A stretch of 64,000 nt of DNA, taken from IMG/VR virus record IMGVR_UViG_3300032562_000005; one strand, given 5' to 3'. The notes under the pieces were generated by a model, which made no database searches, had not been told where the DNA came from, and worked only from the letters and a program-made list of their open reading frames with translations. The stretch is from a virus. The position numbers were made by a program, and so were the translations under genes. Positions 47,915-57,651 of the stretch are shown here, piece by piece (positions within the stretch are counted from its first letter, which is position 1; every line of letters begins with the position of its first letter).

Positions 47915-48903
47915 TAAACAGTCTTTTGTTGACGTGCTCTAATCATTTGCAAAATATCTTGCGCTTTGTCCGAAGTTGCCGCAGAAGTTGAAACTGGAGC
48001 ACTTGTTACAGGAACATCATCTTCTTCATCAAAACTAGAAGCTACTGGCGCTGGCACCGCTTTAGCTACTGGAGCATCTTCTGCTATGGCCGCTGGTGCT
48101 GAAGTACCTGCCGGAGCATTTACTCCTGCTGGACGATAGTATTGACCCCAACGCTCAGCATCATAGCTCTGACCATCCACTGATGCTTCGAACATTTCCT
48201 TGATAACTTTCAACTCAACATCAGTTGGTTTCTTTGGAAGGAATGTTGATAAATCAAACAAACCATATTGTTCAATAGCCGCTTGTTCAGCTTCTGTTAG
48301 TGCTGATTCTTTACGAGCCCACTTAGAGCCTGAATAGTCAGCGAAGCCGCCTTTGCTACCTTTAGAGATACGGAAGTCAAGACCTTTTAAATAGTCTGTT
48401 GGTAATTCTTCCAACTCTGGATCCATCAACGCACCTTTGATAAGTGTGAAGATTTGTGGGCCGATAATGAAACGGCGAATTGGATTTTCTGGAGCCTTGT
48501 CATCTGACAATGGGTTCTCACGAACAAAGCCTTGGAAAATGTAATCACGCTTTTTCCAATACTTACGACCCATATCTTCCAACGCTGGATCTTTAAACCA
48601 TGTGCGTACTTCTGACAAGATTGGGCAAGTCTCGCCCCACATCTCAACGCATGGAACACGAACTTGTACTTGTTTGGATTCTAATTCTCCCTTAACACCA
48701 CTAAATGGTAAACGAATCATTGCTCGTTCTTGCCAAAAGAATGTGTTTTTTGTATTACCGTCTGGGAGGAAGCGGAGTGTGGCATTTTGACCTTCGTCAA
48801 TTGACCAATGTGGATAAATTGCTTGGTCGCCTTGTGAATTACCGCCTTGTTTATTACCTTCTGCCGCTTGTAAGCGGGCTCTGATTTCTGCTAATGATGC
48901 CAT
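47914..48903 (-). CDS. Single-stranded DNA-binding protein (gp32-like)
   Basis: LRFLP, CPI, YWKKR, G.DFRI.K, DYS.SKW; acidic tail. Confidence 0.9.
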   Translation of the reverse strand: MASLAEIRARLQAAEGNKQGGNSQGDQAIYPHWSIDEGQNATLRFLPDGNTKNTFFWQERAMIRLPFSGVKGELESKQVQVRVPCVEMWGETCPILSEVRTWFKDPALEDMGRKYWKKRDYIFQGFVRENPLSDDKAPENPIRRFIIGPQIFTLIKGALMDPELEELPTDYLKGLDFRISKGSKGGFADYSGSKWARKESALTEAEQAAIEQYGLFDLSTFLPKKPTDVELKVIKEMFEASVDGQSYDAERWGQYYRPAGVNAPAGTSAPAAIAEDAPVAKAVPAPVASSFDEEDDVPVTSAPVSTSAATSDKAQDILQMIRARQQKTV

Positions 48904-48906
48904 TTT

Positions 48907-49037
48907 AAGTTGCCTTTCAAATTATAAAATGTGATGCCTATCTATGTTACTAGATTAAAGTTGCCTACAGTCTTTATTATACACAGGACTGTCTGTGTTT
49001 ACTACTAAACTGGTTAAGTTGCCTTATTAATGTTGCC
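48907..49037 (-). repeat. AGGCAACTT direct repeats in ssb leader
   Basis: Exact copies at 48907, 48958, 49016; partial at 48933 and 49032. Confidence 0.8.
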
Positions 49038-49060
49038 GATTATTGCTTTCTAATACTTAT

Positions 49061-51328
49061 TTATCTAAGGAAGATGGAACTGACAGATTTCATGGTAGTT
49101 AAATTGGAATCTGCTTGAGTTTCGGTTGGTGCGTCGGTTTCTCTGATTCCTGCTAAGAACTTAATTCTTGCCATCATATCTTCGTCAGTGCCTTCGACTG
49201 GTTCTAATTTGCCAGAGTGTCCGTACGGGCCAGTTAACGCTGTATTTTCGTTAACTTCTTTGGCAGAATGTAACTTATCTTTAAGTGCTTTTAACTTTTG
49301 ACTTAACGGATCATTTAATCCCACACGACCGCCCGAGCGGACAATTTTTTCAATTTCATCTTGTACTTGTTTCATTTGGTCAGCAGTACTACTAGCGGTT
49401 TCGTCCACTTCGTCATTGTTGCCGCTAATCATATTGCTCAATTTATCGCCTAATGTATCACCGATATGTGCGCCTATCATTCCGCTACCTGGAATTTCTG
49501 GAGCAATTAATTCGCCGGCAATCAATCCCAATCCTTTACCAATAGCGCCTTCGTCGACGTCATAGTCTTTGGCTATATCATCATAAATTATTTGTAATAT
49601 TTTATCAATGTCGTCTTTTGGATGTAATCCAGTTTCGAATGTAATCTCGTCAATTTTATCATGAATTTGTTTACTTACAAATTTTTCTACATTAGTTTTT
49701 GGATTAGCATAGATATTGTAGATATCAACATTGTTGCGAGCAATATCTTGTAGTAAAATATCTACTTCGTTCATTGCGCCTTCTTTAACTAAACGATTAA
49801 CTGCCTTATGAATACCACGACGGCGATTGTTATCTTGCCGATCTTTTTCTGCGTCAAATTTTGGTTGACGTTCGCCATATGAAACGCCCATATCTACACC
49901 TTGGTCGAAGTTTTTCATAGCACGGTCAGAGCTTGCTCGCTTAACATAGCTACCTAATGTGTCTGGACTTAATTCGTCTAGCATATTAGGAGTAACTTCT
50001 GGTTGCTGTGTATTTGGTGGATCTTCTGTTTGTGTGTGTGGATCTTTAATGCGCTCTTGAACTGGTTCTTGTGAATCTGGGATTGGGTTCTTTAATTGTC
50101 CAATAACTTGTGCTATAGCTGGATTGCTTTTTAATTGTTCCAAACGAGAAAGAATAATTTCACGAGCGTCGGCATTGGCATCTTGTTCAGCCAATTCTTC
50201 TAAACGGTCAAACAATTCGTCATCGCCTAACAAGTCATATAATAGTTCTGTAGCATTAGTAGCATCAGGACCTACTGGTAATTCTTGACTAAGCAAGCTA
50301 ACTAGTTGAGCTTGTTTCTCTTTAGTATCCGGAACTGCCCAAGTACCTTCAAGAATAAGGTTTGCCCAATTTTCAAATATGTTAGCTTCTTTCATGCTTT
50401 GTTCCCGTTGTAATTTTGCCAATAATGGTAGTGCTTGCTCGATGCGTGAATCTATGTTTTGTTCCACAAACATATGACGCAAATCTTCGATAATAACATC
50501 TTCGTCACTTAATGCGGCTGGATCCCAACCTTCAAAATACTTTGCGTAACCATTTTTTGTACTTAAACTTTTTAGATTACTTTGTAATGTTTCGTAATAA
50601 TGTGTAGCTTGTTCTACTAAGTGCTGTGTTTCACCTTCAAAGATTTTACCTTGATTGGCACGACGGAAACGACTTAATAAATTCATTTCTTCAACAATAG
50701 TAGCAATATGTTGTCCGCGAATATCGTAAGGCTTACCACCTTGACGCACGTGTTCTACCATAGCACGACCAGCTGATAATTTTGTAAACGGCAATTTATA
50801 GCGTTCACCTTCGGCTGTCTCTACAAATAAAGATTCTACATAACGGAAGCGAGCATCATTCTCGCCAATAGCTCGTTTATGTTTAATCATTAGTCTAGCT
50901 TCAGTTTCTGCGCCATTCCATGATTGAGTTTTTGTGCCAGCCCAAGATTCAAATAAGCCTTCGCTAATTGCGGCTTGACCTTGCATACTGTATTTTAATT
51001 TGTTTAAATTCTGTAATGAGAAACTTAATAAATTTCTCTTGGCAAACATACGCAATTGATATAAAAAGTCAAACCAACCTTTTTTGTCATCGCCTTCCAT
51101 ACTTTTACCAATATTATCGCCAAAGTAAACATTTAGATTATTGTCTTCGGTAAGCATCACAACTACTGTGCCATAGTTTTGTCCTGATTCACCTTTGTAA
51201 TCAAAAGAAAATAAATCAGCTTGTTCTGGAGATGGGGCAGGTTTGCCCATACTATCTAATGACTGCGGGTCAAAATTCTTACTAATGAGTAAGTCGTTTA
51301 ATTTCTGGTTAGCGTTGTTTTCTGCCAT
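49061..51328 (-). CDS. Large head-associated protein with modular C-terminal half
   Basis: Follows terminase; late promoter; recurrent hydrophobic-x-E sites; MARIKFLAGI end motif. Confidence 0.65.
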   Translation of the reverse strand: MAENNANQKLNDLLISKNFDPQSLDSMGKPAPSPEQADLFSFDYKGESGQNYGTVVVMLTEDNNLNVYFGDNIGKSMEGDDKKGWFDFLYQLRMFAKRNLLSFSLQNLNKLKYSMQGQAAISEGLFESWAGTKTQSWNGAETEARLMIKHKRAIGENDARFRYVESLFVETAEGERYKLPFTKLSAGRAMVEHVRQGGKPYDIRGQHIATIVEEMNLLSRFRRANQGKIFEGETQHLVEQATHYYETLQSNLKSLSTKNGYAKYFEGWDPAALSDEDVIIEDLRHMFVEQNIDSRIEQALPLLAKLQREQSMKEANIFENWANLILEGTWAVPDTKEKQAQLVSLLSQELPVGPDATNATELLYDLLGDDELFDRLEELAEQDANADAREIILSRLEQLKSNPAIAQVIGQLKNPIPDSQEPVQERIKDPHTQTEDPPNTQQPEVTPNMLDELSPDTLGSYVKRASSDRAMKNFDQGVDMGVSYGERQPKFDAEKDRQDNNRRRGIHKAVNRLVKEGAMNEVDILLQDIARNNVDIYNIYANPKTNVEKFVSKQIHDKIDEITFETGLHPKDDIDKILQIIYDDIAKDYDVDEGAIGKGLGLIAGELIAPEIPGSGMIGAHIGDTLGDKLSNMISGNNDEVDETASSTADQMKQVQDEIEKIVRSGGRVGLNDPLSQKLKALKDKLHSAKEVNENTALTGPYGHSGKLEPVEGTDEDMMARIKFLAGIRETDAPTETQADSNLTTMKSVSSIFLR

Positions 51329-51353
51329 GGTATATTATTTAGCTATTTTTAAT

Positions 51354-52916
51354 TTAATACATTGTTGAAATAAAGGGCAACGGCGGGGTAATACTTTCCC
51401 CGAAATCACGCATTTGCGTATCCATTTCTGGATGGTAAGTTTGAAGTAATATCATCATGCGTGTAACCAGCAATGTAGCCATAACTAAGTCGTCGGTACT
51501 GCCTGGTTTTGCCGCATAACTAACCCCGTTGGCCACGAATGTTTTTAGTTCAGAAATTAATGGACGACTGCGTAATTTCATTTTATTTGTTTCAATTAAT
51601 GTTTTTAATTTAGCACAAGCTGTAAGTTTGTTTTTAGGGCTAGTGTTGAAACCTTTACGATACCTGCCGGCTCCTCTGGTAGGATCTGACAAGAAATAGC
51701 CTTTAATATTTTCTTCTCCAAACTGATCAATGGATATAAGTGCCGCTTCGCCAATGGTATTATTTTCTACAGAATAATAAACTGATTCTTCGTCTTTAAC
51801 AATAGTATAAATGTATTTGACAATGTCCGCAAGTATGCGAATTTGCTCTGGAATAGGTGTTCTGTTGTGTTTCCACTCACCTATTTGCTCTGTGGTGTTT
51901 GCTTCAAAAATTTGTATGGCAGCAGGATCGCCGCCAGTACCTAATGATGGATCTAGACCTACGCAATACATTCTGCCAGGCTCAGGTTGTTTATACCAAC
52001 GAACTTGTGCTGTACGGTGTATAGGCTCCATTCCCTCTAAGTCTATGAGTTTAGCCGGCGCGATTAGCGTCTCATCGTTAATAATAAATTCGCAATCCAT
52101 CTCGCGACGGAAACGGTCTTCACCTAATTGTGCTCGTTGCGCCGCAGCCCAAGCGTCATCTCTGTCTGGATGTTCTCTCCAATAGCTACGGAAAGCACGG
52201 AAACCATTGATGCCTACTTCTTGTGGATTACCGTGTGAATCTTCCATTTTAAGAGCGCCTTTCCATAACAGCGCAAATTGATCTTCGTCTGAGTTAGGTG
52301 TAGATGTAATAATACATTTACCACCAGTTGCTAGTGTTGGCGAAATTGAAGTCCAAAATTCTTGTGCTACGCTAGGTCGAACGAATGCGAACTCATCACA
52401 ATATAATAGTGATATAGACATACCACGACCTGTGTTTTCTGTAGTTGTTGCCGACACAATGCGTGAACCGTTTTCAAATTCTATAGAGCCTTTATTATAG
52501 TTTGTGGCGCCAGCGCGAATATGATCAGGACACATTTCATACGCATATCGCACACGAGTCATAATTTCTTGGGAGCCGTCATACTTGTGTGCGGCAATTA
52601 GAACTGTGGAATCTGGAACAAACATTGCATACCATAGCAAGTAACCTGCGGCTGATGTAGACTTACCTGTTTGTCGTGGCATCATAGAAATACTAAAACG
52701 ATAATTGTGATAAGTGTTAATTAATCGCTCTTGATACTCAAAAGGATGATACTGCATTTTCCCTCTAACCGGATGCTGGATATAGAAGAAATGATCCATA
52801 AAATATTCTGGGCCGGTTACTGGATCAGCACAAAGAGCGAATTCTTTGAGCTGTTGTTCAGTCCAAACTTGTTGTTTGTGGGGGGTTTTAGCTAGCGAGC
52901 TTGCGTCAAAGGCCAT
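51354..52916 (-). CDS. terL: Terminase large subunit (gp17-like)
   Basis: YQ, PRQTGKS, GRG, CDEFAF, STPN, GLDP, ENN, DDLVMA. Confidence 0.96.
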   Translation of the reverse strand: MAFDASSLAKTPHKQQVWTEQQLKEFALCADPVTGPEYFMDHFFYIQHPVRGKMQYHPFEYQERLINTYHNYRFSISMMPRQTGKSTSAAGYLLWYAMFVPDSTVLIAAHKYDGSQEIMTRVRYAYEMCPDHIRAGATNYNKGSIEFENGSRIVSATTTENTGRGMSISLLYCDEFAFVRPSVAQEFWTSISPTLATGGKCIITSTPNSDEDQFALLWKGALKMEDSHGNPQEVGINGFRAFRSYWREHPDRDDAWAAAQRAQLGEDRFRREMDCEFIINDETLIAPAKLIDLEGMEPIHRTAQVRWYKQPEPGRMYCVGLDPSLGTGGDPAAIQIFEANTTEQIGEWKHNRTPIPEQIRILADIVKYIYTIVKDEESVYYSVENNTIGEAALISIDQFGEENIKGYFLSDPTRGAGRYRKGFNTSPKNKLTACAKLKTLIETNKMKLRSRPLISELKTFVANGVSYAAKPGSTDDLVMATLLVTRMMILLQTYHPEMDTQMRDFGESITPPLPFISTMY

Positions 52917-52955
52917 AATTGTATTTAACTGTTATGACCCTTGATCGGCAAGTTT

Positions 52956-53780
52956 TTAATCGTCTGAAGCGTTAGCTCCGCATTTTTGGCGTTTCATTTG
53001 AGTTAATTTTCCAAAATCCACACTCCATTCTTTACCTGGGGCTAATTCAATATAACCTTGTGGTAAAGCATACTTAACTTGTGCGTCTGCCATGATAGTA
53101 GCAACAGGAACACGGAATTTAGTTAAGTCATTACCCAAGTTAGGGTATGGTGCTGTATGTGGGAAGCCCCAGCCGGCTACTTCTTTAGTTTGATTGTTGA
53201 TTACAATCTTGTAAAAGCCATGTGGTACAATAACGCCTTTACCAATAACTTTATCGCCTTGCCCATACAAACCACCCGCAATAACTGTGTACGACTGGTT
53301 GCGTTGTACAGCCCAACCACGAACACTAGTTTCTAATAATTTCCAAATACCACGGTTCAACGAGCCGGCTTGTGGGCTCATATTAGTCATTAAGAATGAT
53401 TCATATTCTACTTGTGGATCCCATGATAAATCACCATCTGGAGCCATGTGTCCTTTATCGTAACCTGTGCCAGCATAGTCGCCTGGAACAGCGCCATTTT
53501 GAACAAATTGATTTGGAGCAAATGCGTTAGTACGAGCGACACAACCTAATGCGTTTTGTGGCAATAATTCATACATAACAAATTCTGGTAACTTAGCTTG
53601 TGCGTCATAGCCTACTAGATACGCTTGTTGGCATAATGGCTGTATTGGTTTAGCACTTTGTGGGAAACCATATGGTGCGTGTGCTTGACATTGTGCTACT
53701 GGAAATGGGGCACGTTGTGTCCACGCAAATACTGTTGATGTTGCTAAGACTAATAATAGTCCTGTAAATAACTTCTTCAT
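52956..53780 (-). CDS. Secreted DNA/RNA non-specific endonuclease (NucA/EndoG family)
   Basis: Signal peptide VFA; GYDKGHMAP, SFLMTNMSPQ..LNRGIW..LE, VP.GFYK. Confidence 0.93.
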   Translation of the reverse strand: MKKLFTGLLLVLATSTVFAWTQRAPFPVAQCQAHAPYGFPQSAKPIQPLCQQAYLVGYDAQAKLPEFVMYELLPQNALGCVARTNAFAPNQFVQNGAVPGDYAGTGYDKGHMAPDGDLSWDPQVEYESFLMTNMSPQAGSLNRGIWKLLETSVRGWAVQRNQSYTVIAGGLYGQGDKVIGKGVIVPHGFYKIVINNQTKEVAGWGFPHTAPYPNLGNDLTKFRVPVATIMADAQVKYALPQGYIELAPGKEWSVDFGKLTQMKRQKCGANASDD

Positions 53781-53797
53781 TTGTAACTCCTTAATTA

Positions 53798-54199
53798 TTA
53801 TTTTCTTTTATAACCAGCAAATCCTGTAACAGGACTTACTTTATCTATATCTGGCATTTCTTCACTAGCCATTGTGGCTATTTGTATAGCATCGTCGCCA
53901 GGTAATCCCATAGCTATTAACGCATCACGAATATATACTCCGGTATGCGGATCATAACTTACTACAAATTCATTTTCACCAAATACATTATCTTTTTCAA
54001 ATGGCGGTACACCATCTTTTTTACGCTGAGCAGCGCCTTTTGCCCCGGCAATAGCTACACCAAACCGATATTGTAAATATGGATCTTGATTTTTAAGTGC
54101 TGGAATTTTCCACGCACCTGGTAAAGCTAACGCAATATCTTGTTGTAAACTACCTGTTCGACCAAGAGCTACTTCTGTGATGAATTCTTTAGCTCTCAT
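53798..54199 (-). CDS. Putative internal head protein, paralog A
   Basis: MRAKEFITE leader; PY..YRF..A.AG; SPV.GFAGYKRK end. Confidence 0.7.
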   Translation of the reverse strand: MRAKEFITEVALGRTGSLQQDIALALPGAWKIPALKNQDPYLQYRFGVAIAGAKGAAQRKKDGVPPFEKDNVFGENEFVVSYDPHTGVYIRDALIAMGLPGDDAIQIATMASEEMPDIDKVSPVTGFAGYKRK

Positions 54200-54564
54200 T
54201 TTCTTTTATAACCTGCAAATCCTTTTACAGGACTTGTTTTGTGTACTGTACTAGGTTCTTCAGATTTAATAGTGCTAATCGGTGTGCTTTTTTCGCCCAT
54301 AGCCTTTGCTGTCGCATTTAAAATATCTGCGTCACCTTGACTGTAAGCTAGTGTAGATAATTTTTGTCCAATAGGACCCAACTTAGCTAGCGGTGGATGC
54401 GGATTATCTTTGCCACCGCATCCAGCAGCCGCTACAATAAAACGCCACATAGCATAAGGATTAGAGTTATCTAAGCCGTCATAACGCTCGGCGCCGGCCA
54501 TAGGCATTAGTTGCTCATCTGAAAATTTTTCATGAGCTTCGGCTATGAACTCTTTAGCTCGCAT
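54196..54564 (-). CDS. Putative internal head protein, paralog B
   Basis: MRAKEFIAE leader; PY..WRF..A.AG; SPV.GFAGYKRK end. Confidence 0.7.
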   Translation of the reverse strand: MRAKEFIAEAHEKFSDEQLMPMAGAERYDGLDNSNPYAMWRFIVAAAGCGGKDNPHPPLAKLGPIGQKLSTLAYSQGDADILNATAKAMGEKSTPISTIKSEEPSTVHKTSPVKGFAGYKRK

Positions 54565-54569
54565 AATTG

Positions 54570-55103
54570 TTAAGCAACATCTGGTACATTATCGGATGGC
54601 ACAACACCATCACTATAATTTGTACCAATTACACCTGCTGTGGCAGAAGAAGCTGTGCCTAATTCACGAGCAGTAAAGTCAGCACCAGTAATTGTTAAAC
54701 GATTACCAGCTCCAACAAAAATTTGTTGACGACTATTAGCCGCTACTTGTGGAGCAGCTGAGTACATATTACCATTAGGTGGAGGAGTTACCGTAAACAC
54801 ATTAGTAGCATTAGCAGTTGCTGCCGCACTTAATGTTACGCTTTCGTAAGTAACTTGTGAACTAATTGTAGTGCCACTAGAAATACCAGTTCCGCTAATT
54901 GCGCTGTTAGCTGGTAAAAACATTGCCGCAGAGGTAGTAATAATATTACTGCCGTTAGCTGTTGTGCCGCTAAACAAAATGTTAGGACCAATAGCAACTT
55001 CGTAAATGTTATATGTTACTGTTGTAGCACCAGTTACAATTTCGCATTTATCAGTGTACCATACTGCGTTTGATACTGATGTGTATACGTTAGCTTGACT
55101 CAT
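54570..55103 (-). CDS. Putative virion protein with inserted beta-rich module
   Basis: T/A/S-rich; GTGISSGTTI...VTLSAAATA module. Confidence 0.6.
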   Translation of the reverse strand: MSQANVYTSVSNAVWYTDKCEIVTGATTVTYNIYEVAIGPNILFSGTTANGSNIITTSAAMFLPANSAISGTGISSGTTISSQVTYESVTLSAAATANATNVFTVTPPPNGNMYSAAPQVAANSRQQIFVGAGNRLTITGADFTARELGTASSATAGVIGTNYSDGVVPSDNVPDVA

Positions 55104-55113
55104 TTATTATTCC

Positions 55114-57651
55114 TTATTTTACAATCTTAGCGAATGCTTTGTACAAATTCAAAAAGCTACTAGCTTCAGAAACTTGACGCTCATCTTGACTTGCTAATAC
55201 AGGAATAGTAGACTGTCCAGTTGACTTAGGCCCATTTAATCCGCCACTATATTGTAATGCATCATCATCATATTCTTGATTAGAAGGATAATCTGGACTG
55301 TTTTGTGTAACAGGAGCATCTGCTTCGGCAATTTCTTCTTCATCGCTAGTATCAGTAATAGAAGCTGTAGGATCGCTAGCAGCAGGAGCGGCAGCAGGAG
55401 CAGAATTTAATTTGTCATCTACATAATCGCCAATTTTATCGCCAGCATATCCGCCAGCTACAGCACCTAATGGGCCAGCTACTGAACCTAAAGCGGCTCC
55501 AGCAATAGCACCCTTAACGCCTTCTTCCATATCATTCATCTCATCACATTGGCATGGGACGCCACCACAAGTACCGCAAGCGCCATCGTCATGTGAGTGA
55601 CCTTCTTCGCTTGATTGAATACCCATTGCGGCTAATAACTCTTTGATACGATGTACATCAGCACCTGTGGCTGTAATTGTAATCGCTTCTTCGTCACCAT
55701 CTTCTGCGTGTTCAACTACTTGTTGTTTAACTTGAACTGATTCACTAATCATAGCTTCGATATCACGATTCCATGAATCGTAAATGCCGCCGCCAAATTT
55801 CATGCCGCCAGATTTAGCAGCTTTTGGCGCAGAAGTTGCTACGCTACCAGAAGTTGTTGTTTCATCAACTTTCTCTTCTTTTTTAAATTTCTTCTTACCG
55901 CCTTCTTCGTCTTTACCAAGACGCCCAGCGATAACATCACCCTTAGTTACTTTGTCATAAGGTTTAGCATTGTTGGCTAAATTGCCGTCGCCCTTACCTT
56001 CTTCAGTCTTTTTAACTTTTTTAGGTAACTTACTAATGTCTTTACCTTTGTCGGCTTTGTTAAATTCTTTGCCTACAGACTGTTTGATTCCAACTTTTTT
56101 AGCAAATTTAGGATTGTGTGCTACACCAGCCATCATGTGTGCTTGTGCTTGGCTTTTTGATTTTTCAGCAATCATTTGTCCACATTCAGAACAAACATGA
56201 TCACCTTCTTCACGAATGGAACCTTTAGACATTAATTTACTTTTGCCAGTAGGTCCACGGGAACCTGTAGCACCTTTAGTACCAGCTGGGCGGCCACGAC
56301 CACGCTTAACTGCTGATCCGCTATCATCACTAGCATCTGGCTCATCAAATGTTTCTGGCTTGCGTGTGTACACAGTACCAGTTGATGTTTTACGCTTATC
56401 AAACTTGCCTGTGCCTTTTTCTGCTTCGCGCTGTTTCAACCAAGCATCCATGTCGTCAAAACCTTCTTCAACAGCGCCATCGCCTGTTAAATTATTGCCA
56501 ATTGCGCCACCAATAGCAGCGCCCACTGGCCCACCTAGTGCGCCACCAGCTAATGTACCAGCCGCTTGGCCAGCGATGCCTTCATCAGTGATACCAGCTG
56601 CTTTAAAGAAACGAGCTTGGTCAAATCGTGGATTAGCTAACTTAAATGCTGACGCATGGTGTTGCGCTAATTCTTTACGCTTATTCATATCTTCGATATG
56701 CTTGAGTGTATCAGCAATAGCTTGGAAATGTTTACGACTTACTGCTTCGTCGAGTTCGCTTGTATCTGTATACTCTTCGCCGCCAACTTTAAATTTGCCA
56801 CCTTTAGGTGTTGATTTAAGTTTGCCAGTAAATGCGTTGCCTTCAAATTCCATGCCGTTGTGTGCGTCTGGCTTGCCAGTGCCTTTATTGTATGAAGTTG
56901 CTACAGCATCTTCACGAGCTTGTTCTTTGTCGTGTGGAGCTAATTTACGATTTAAATAATCCATAATATCTTCTTCACTATGGTCAGCTTCGTAATAATC
57001 ACGCTTGCCACGCAAACGATCCATCTTACCTGGTACTGGAACATTTCCCGGAATACCTTTTGATGGAGTTGGATTATCACATTCCATTTCACTGCCGCCA
57101 TCTTCTTTGGCTACATTCTTAGCAAACTGTGCCATGTGGCGTAAGTGTGCGTCTTTACTATGTGTTGCTTTACTAATCTTACCTTTAGGAATCTTTTCAC
57201 CTTGTGGCACATGGAGAGCTTTATGTAAGTCGCCTTTTGTGCTTGGCTTAGTAGCTTTTTGAATCCACTTTTCTTTTTTCTCTTCTAAACTTCCTGATCC
57301 AGAAAAGTTTGCGCCGCCTGTGCCATCTTCCTTGGTCATACGAGCTAAACCTTTTTCGCGGCGAGCGGCGGACATAGCAGACATTTCCTTATCTTTAGGA
57401 CTTGGTGCTGGATTATTTTTATTACGATTGTAAATGTTTACTTCTGCTTTTGCTTTTTTAGCATAACTATCTTTTGTAGATTGGCTAATTTCGTTTACTT
57501 GGCCTTCCATTAATGCTGTCAAATCTTGACGCAATGCTTGCTCAAGTGTTTGACGAGCAGGAGTTTTAGGAGCTTCTTTACTCTCTGCTAATTTTTTCTG
57601 TTCAGCGCCAATGCCGTTTAGTTTTTTGTTAAGGTCGTAAAAAAAGCTCAT
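55114..57651 (-). CDS. Modular head polyprotein-like protein (845 aa)
   Basis: String of basic, Gly-zipper, AT-hook and Cys modules separated by x-x-E sites. Confidence 0.7.
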   Translation of the reverse strand: MSFFYDLNKKLNGIGAEQKKLAESKEAPKTPARQTLEQALRQDLTALMEGQVNEISQSTKDSYAKKAKAEVNIYNRNKNNPAPSPKDKEMSAMSAARREKGLARMTKEDGTGGANFSGSGSLEEKKEKWIQKATKPSTKGDLHKALHVPQGEKIPKGKISKATHSKDAHLRHMAQFAKNVAKEDGGSEMECDNPTPSKGIPGNVPVPGKMDRLRGKRDYYEADHSEEDIMDYLNRKLAPHDKEQAREDAVATSYNKGTGKPDAHNGMEFEGNAFTGKLKSTPKGGKFKVGGEEYTDTSELDEAVSRKHFQAIADTLKHIEDMNKRKELAQHHASAFKLANPRFDQARFFKAAGITDEGIAGQAAGTLAGGALGGPVGAAIGGAIGNNLTGDGAVEEGFDDMDAWLKQREAEKGTGKFDKRKTSTGTVYTRKPETFDEPDASDDSGSAVKRGRGRPAGTKGATGSRGPTGKSKLMSKGSIREEGDHVCSECGQMIAEKSKSQAQAHMMAGVAHNPKFAKKVGIKQSVGKEFNKADKGKDISKLPKKVKKTEEGKGDGNLANNAKPYDKVTKGDVIAGRLGKDEEGGKKKFKKEEKVDETTTSGSVATSAPKAAKSGGMKFGGGIYDSWNRDIEAMISESVQVKQQVVEHAEDGDEEAITITATGADVHRIKELLAAMGIQSSEEGHSHDDGACGTCGGVPCQCDEMNDMEEGVKGAIAGAALGSVAGPLGAVAGGYAGDKIGDYVDDKLNSAPAAAPAASDPTASITDTSDEEEIAEADAPVTQNSPDYPSNQEYDDDALQYSGGLNGPKSTGQSTIPVLASQDERQVSEASSFLNLYKAFAKIVK

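Noticed and set aside
56216-56959. 247-aa plus-strand ORF
   Set aside because: Antisense shadow of the low-complexity 845-aa gene
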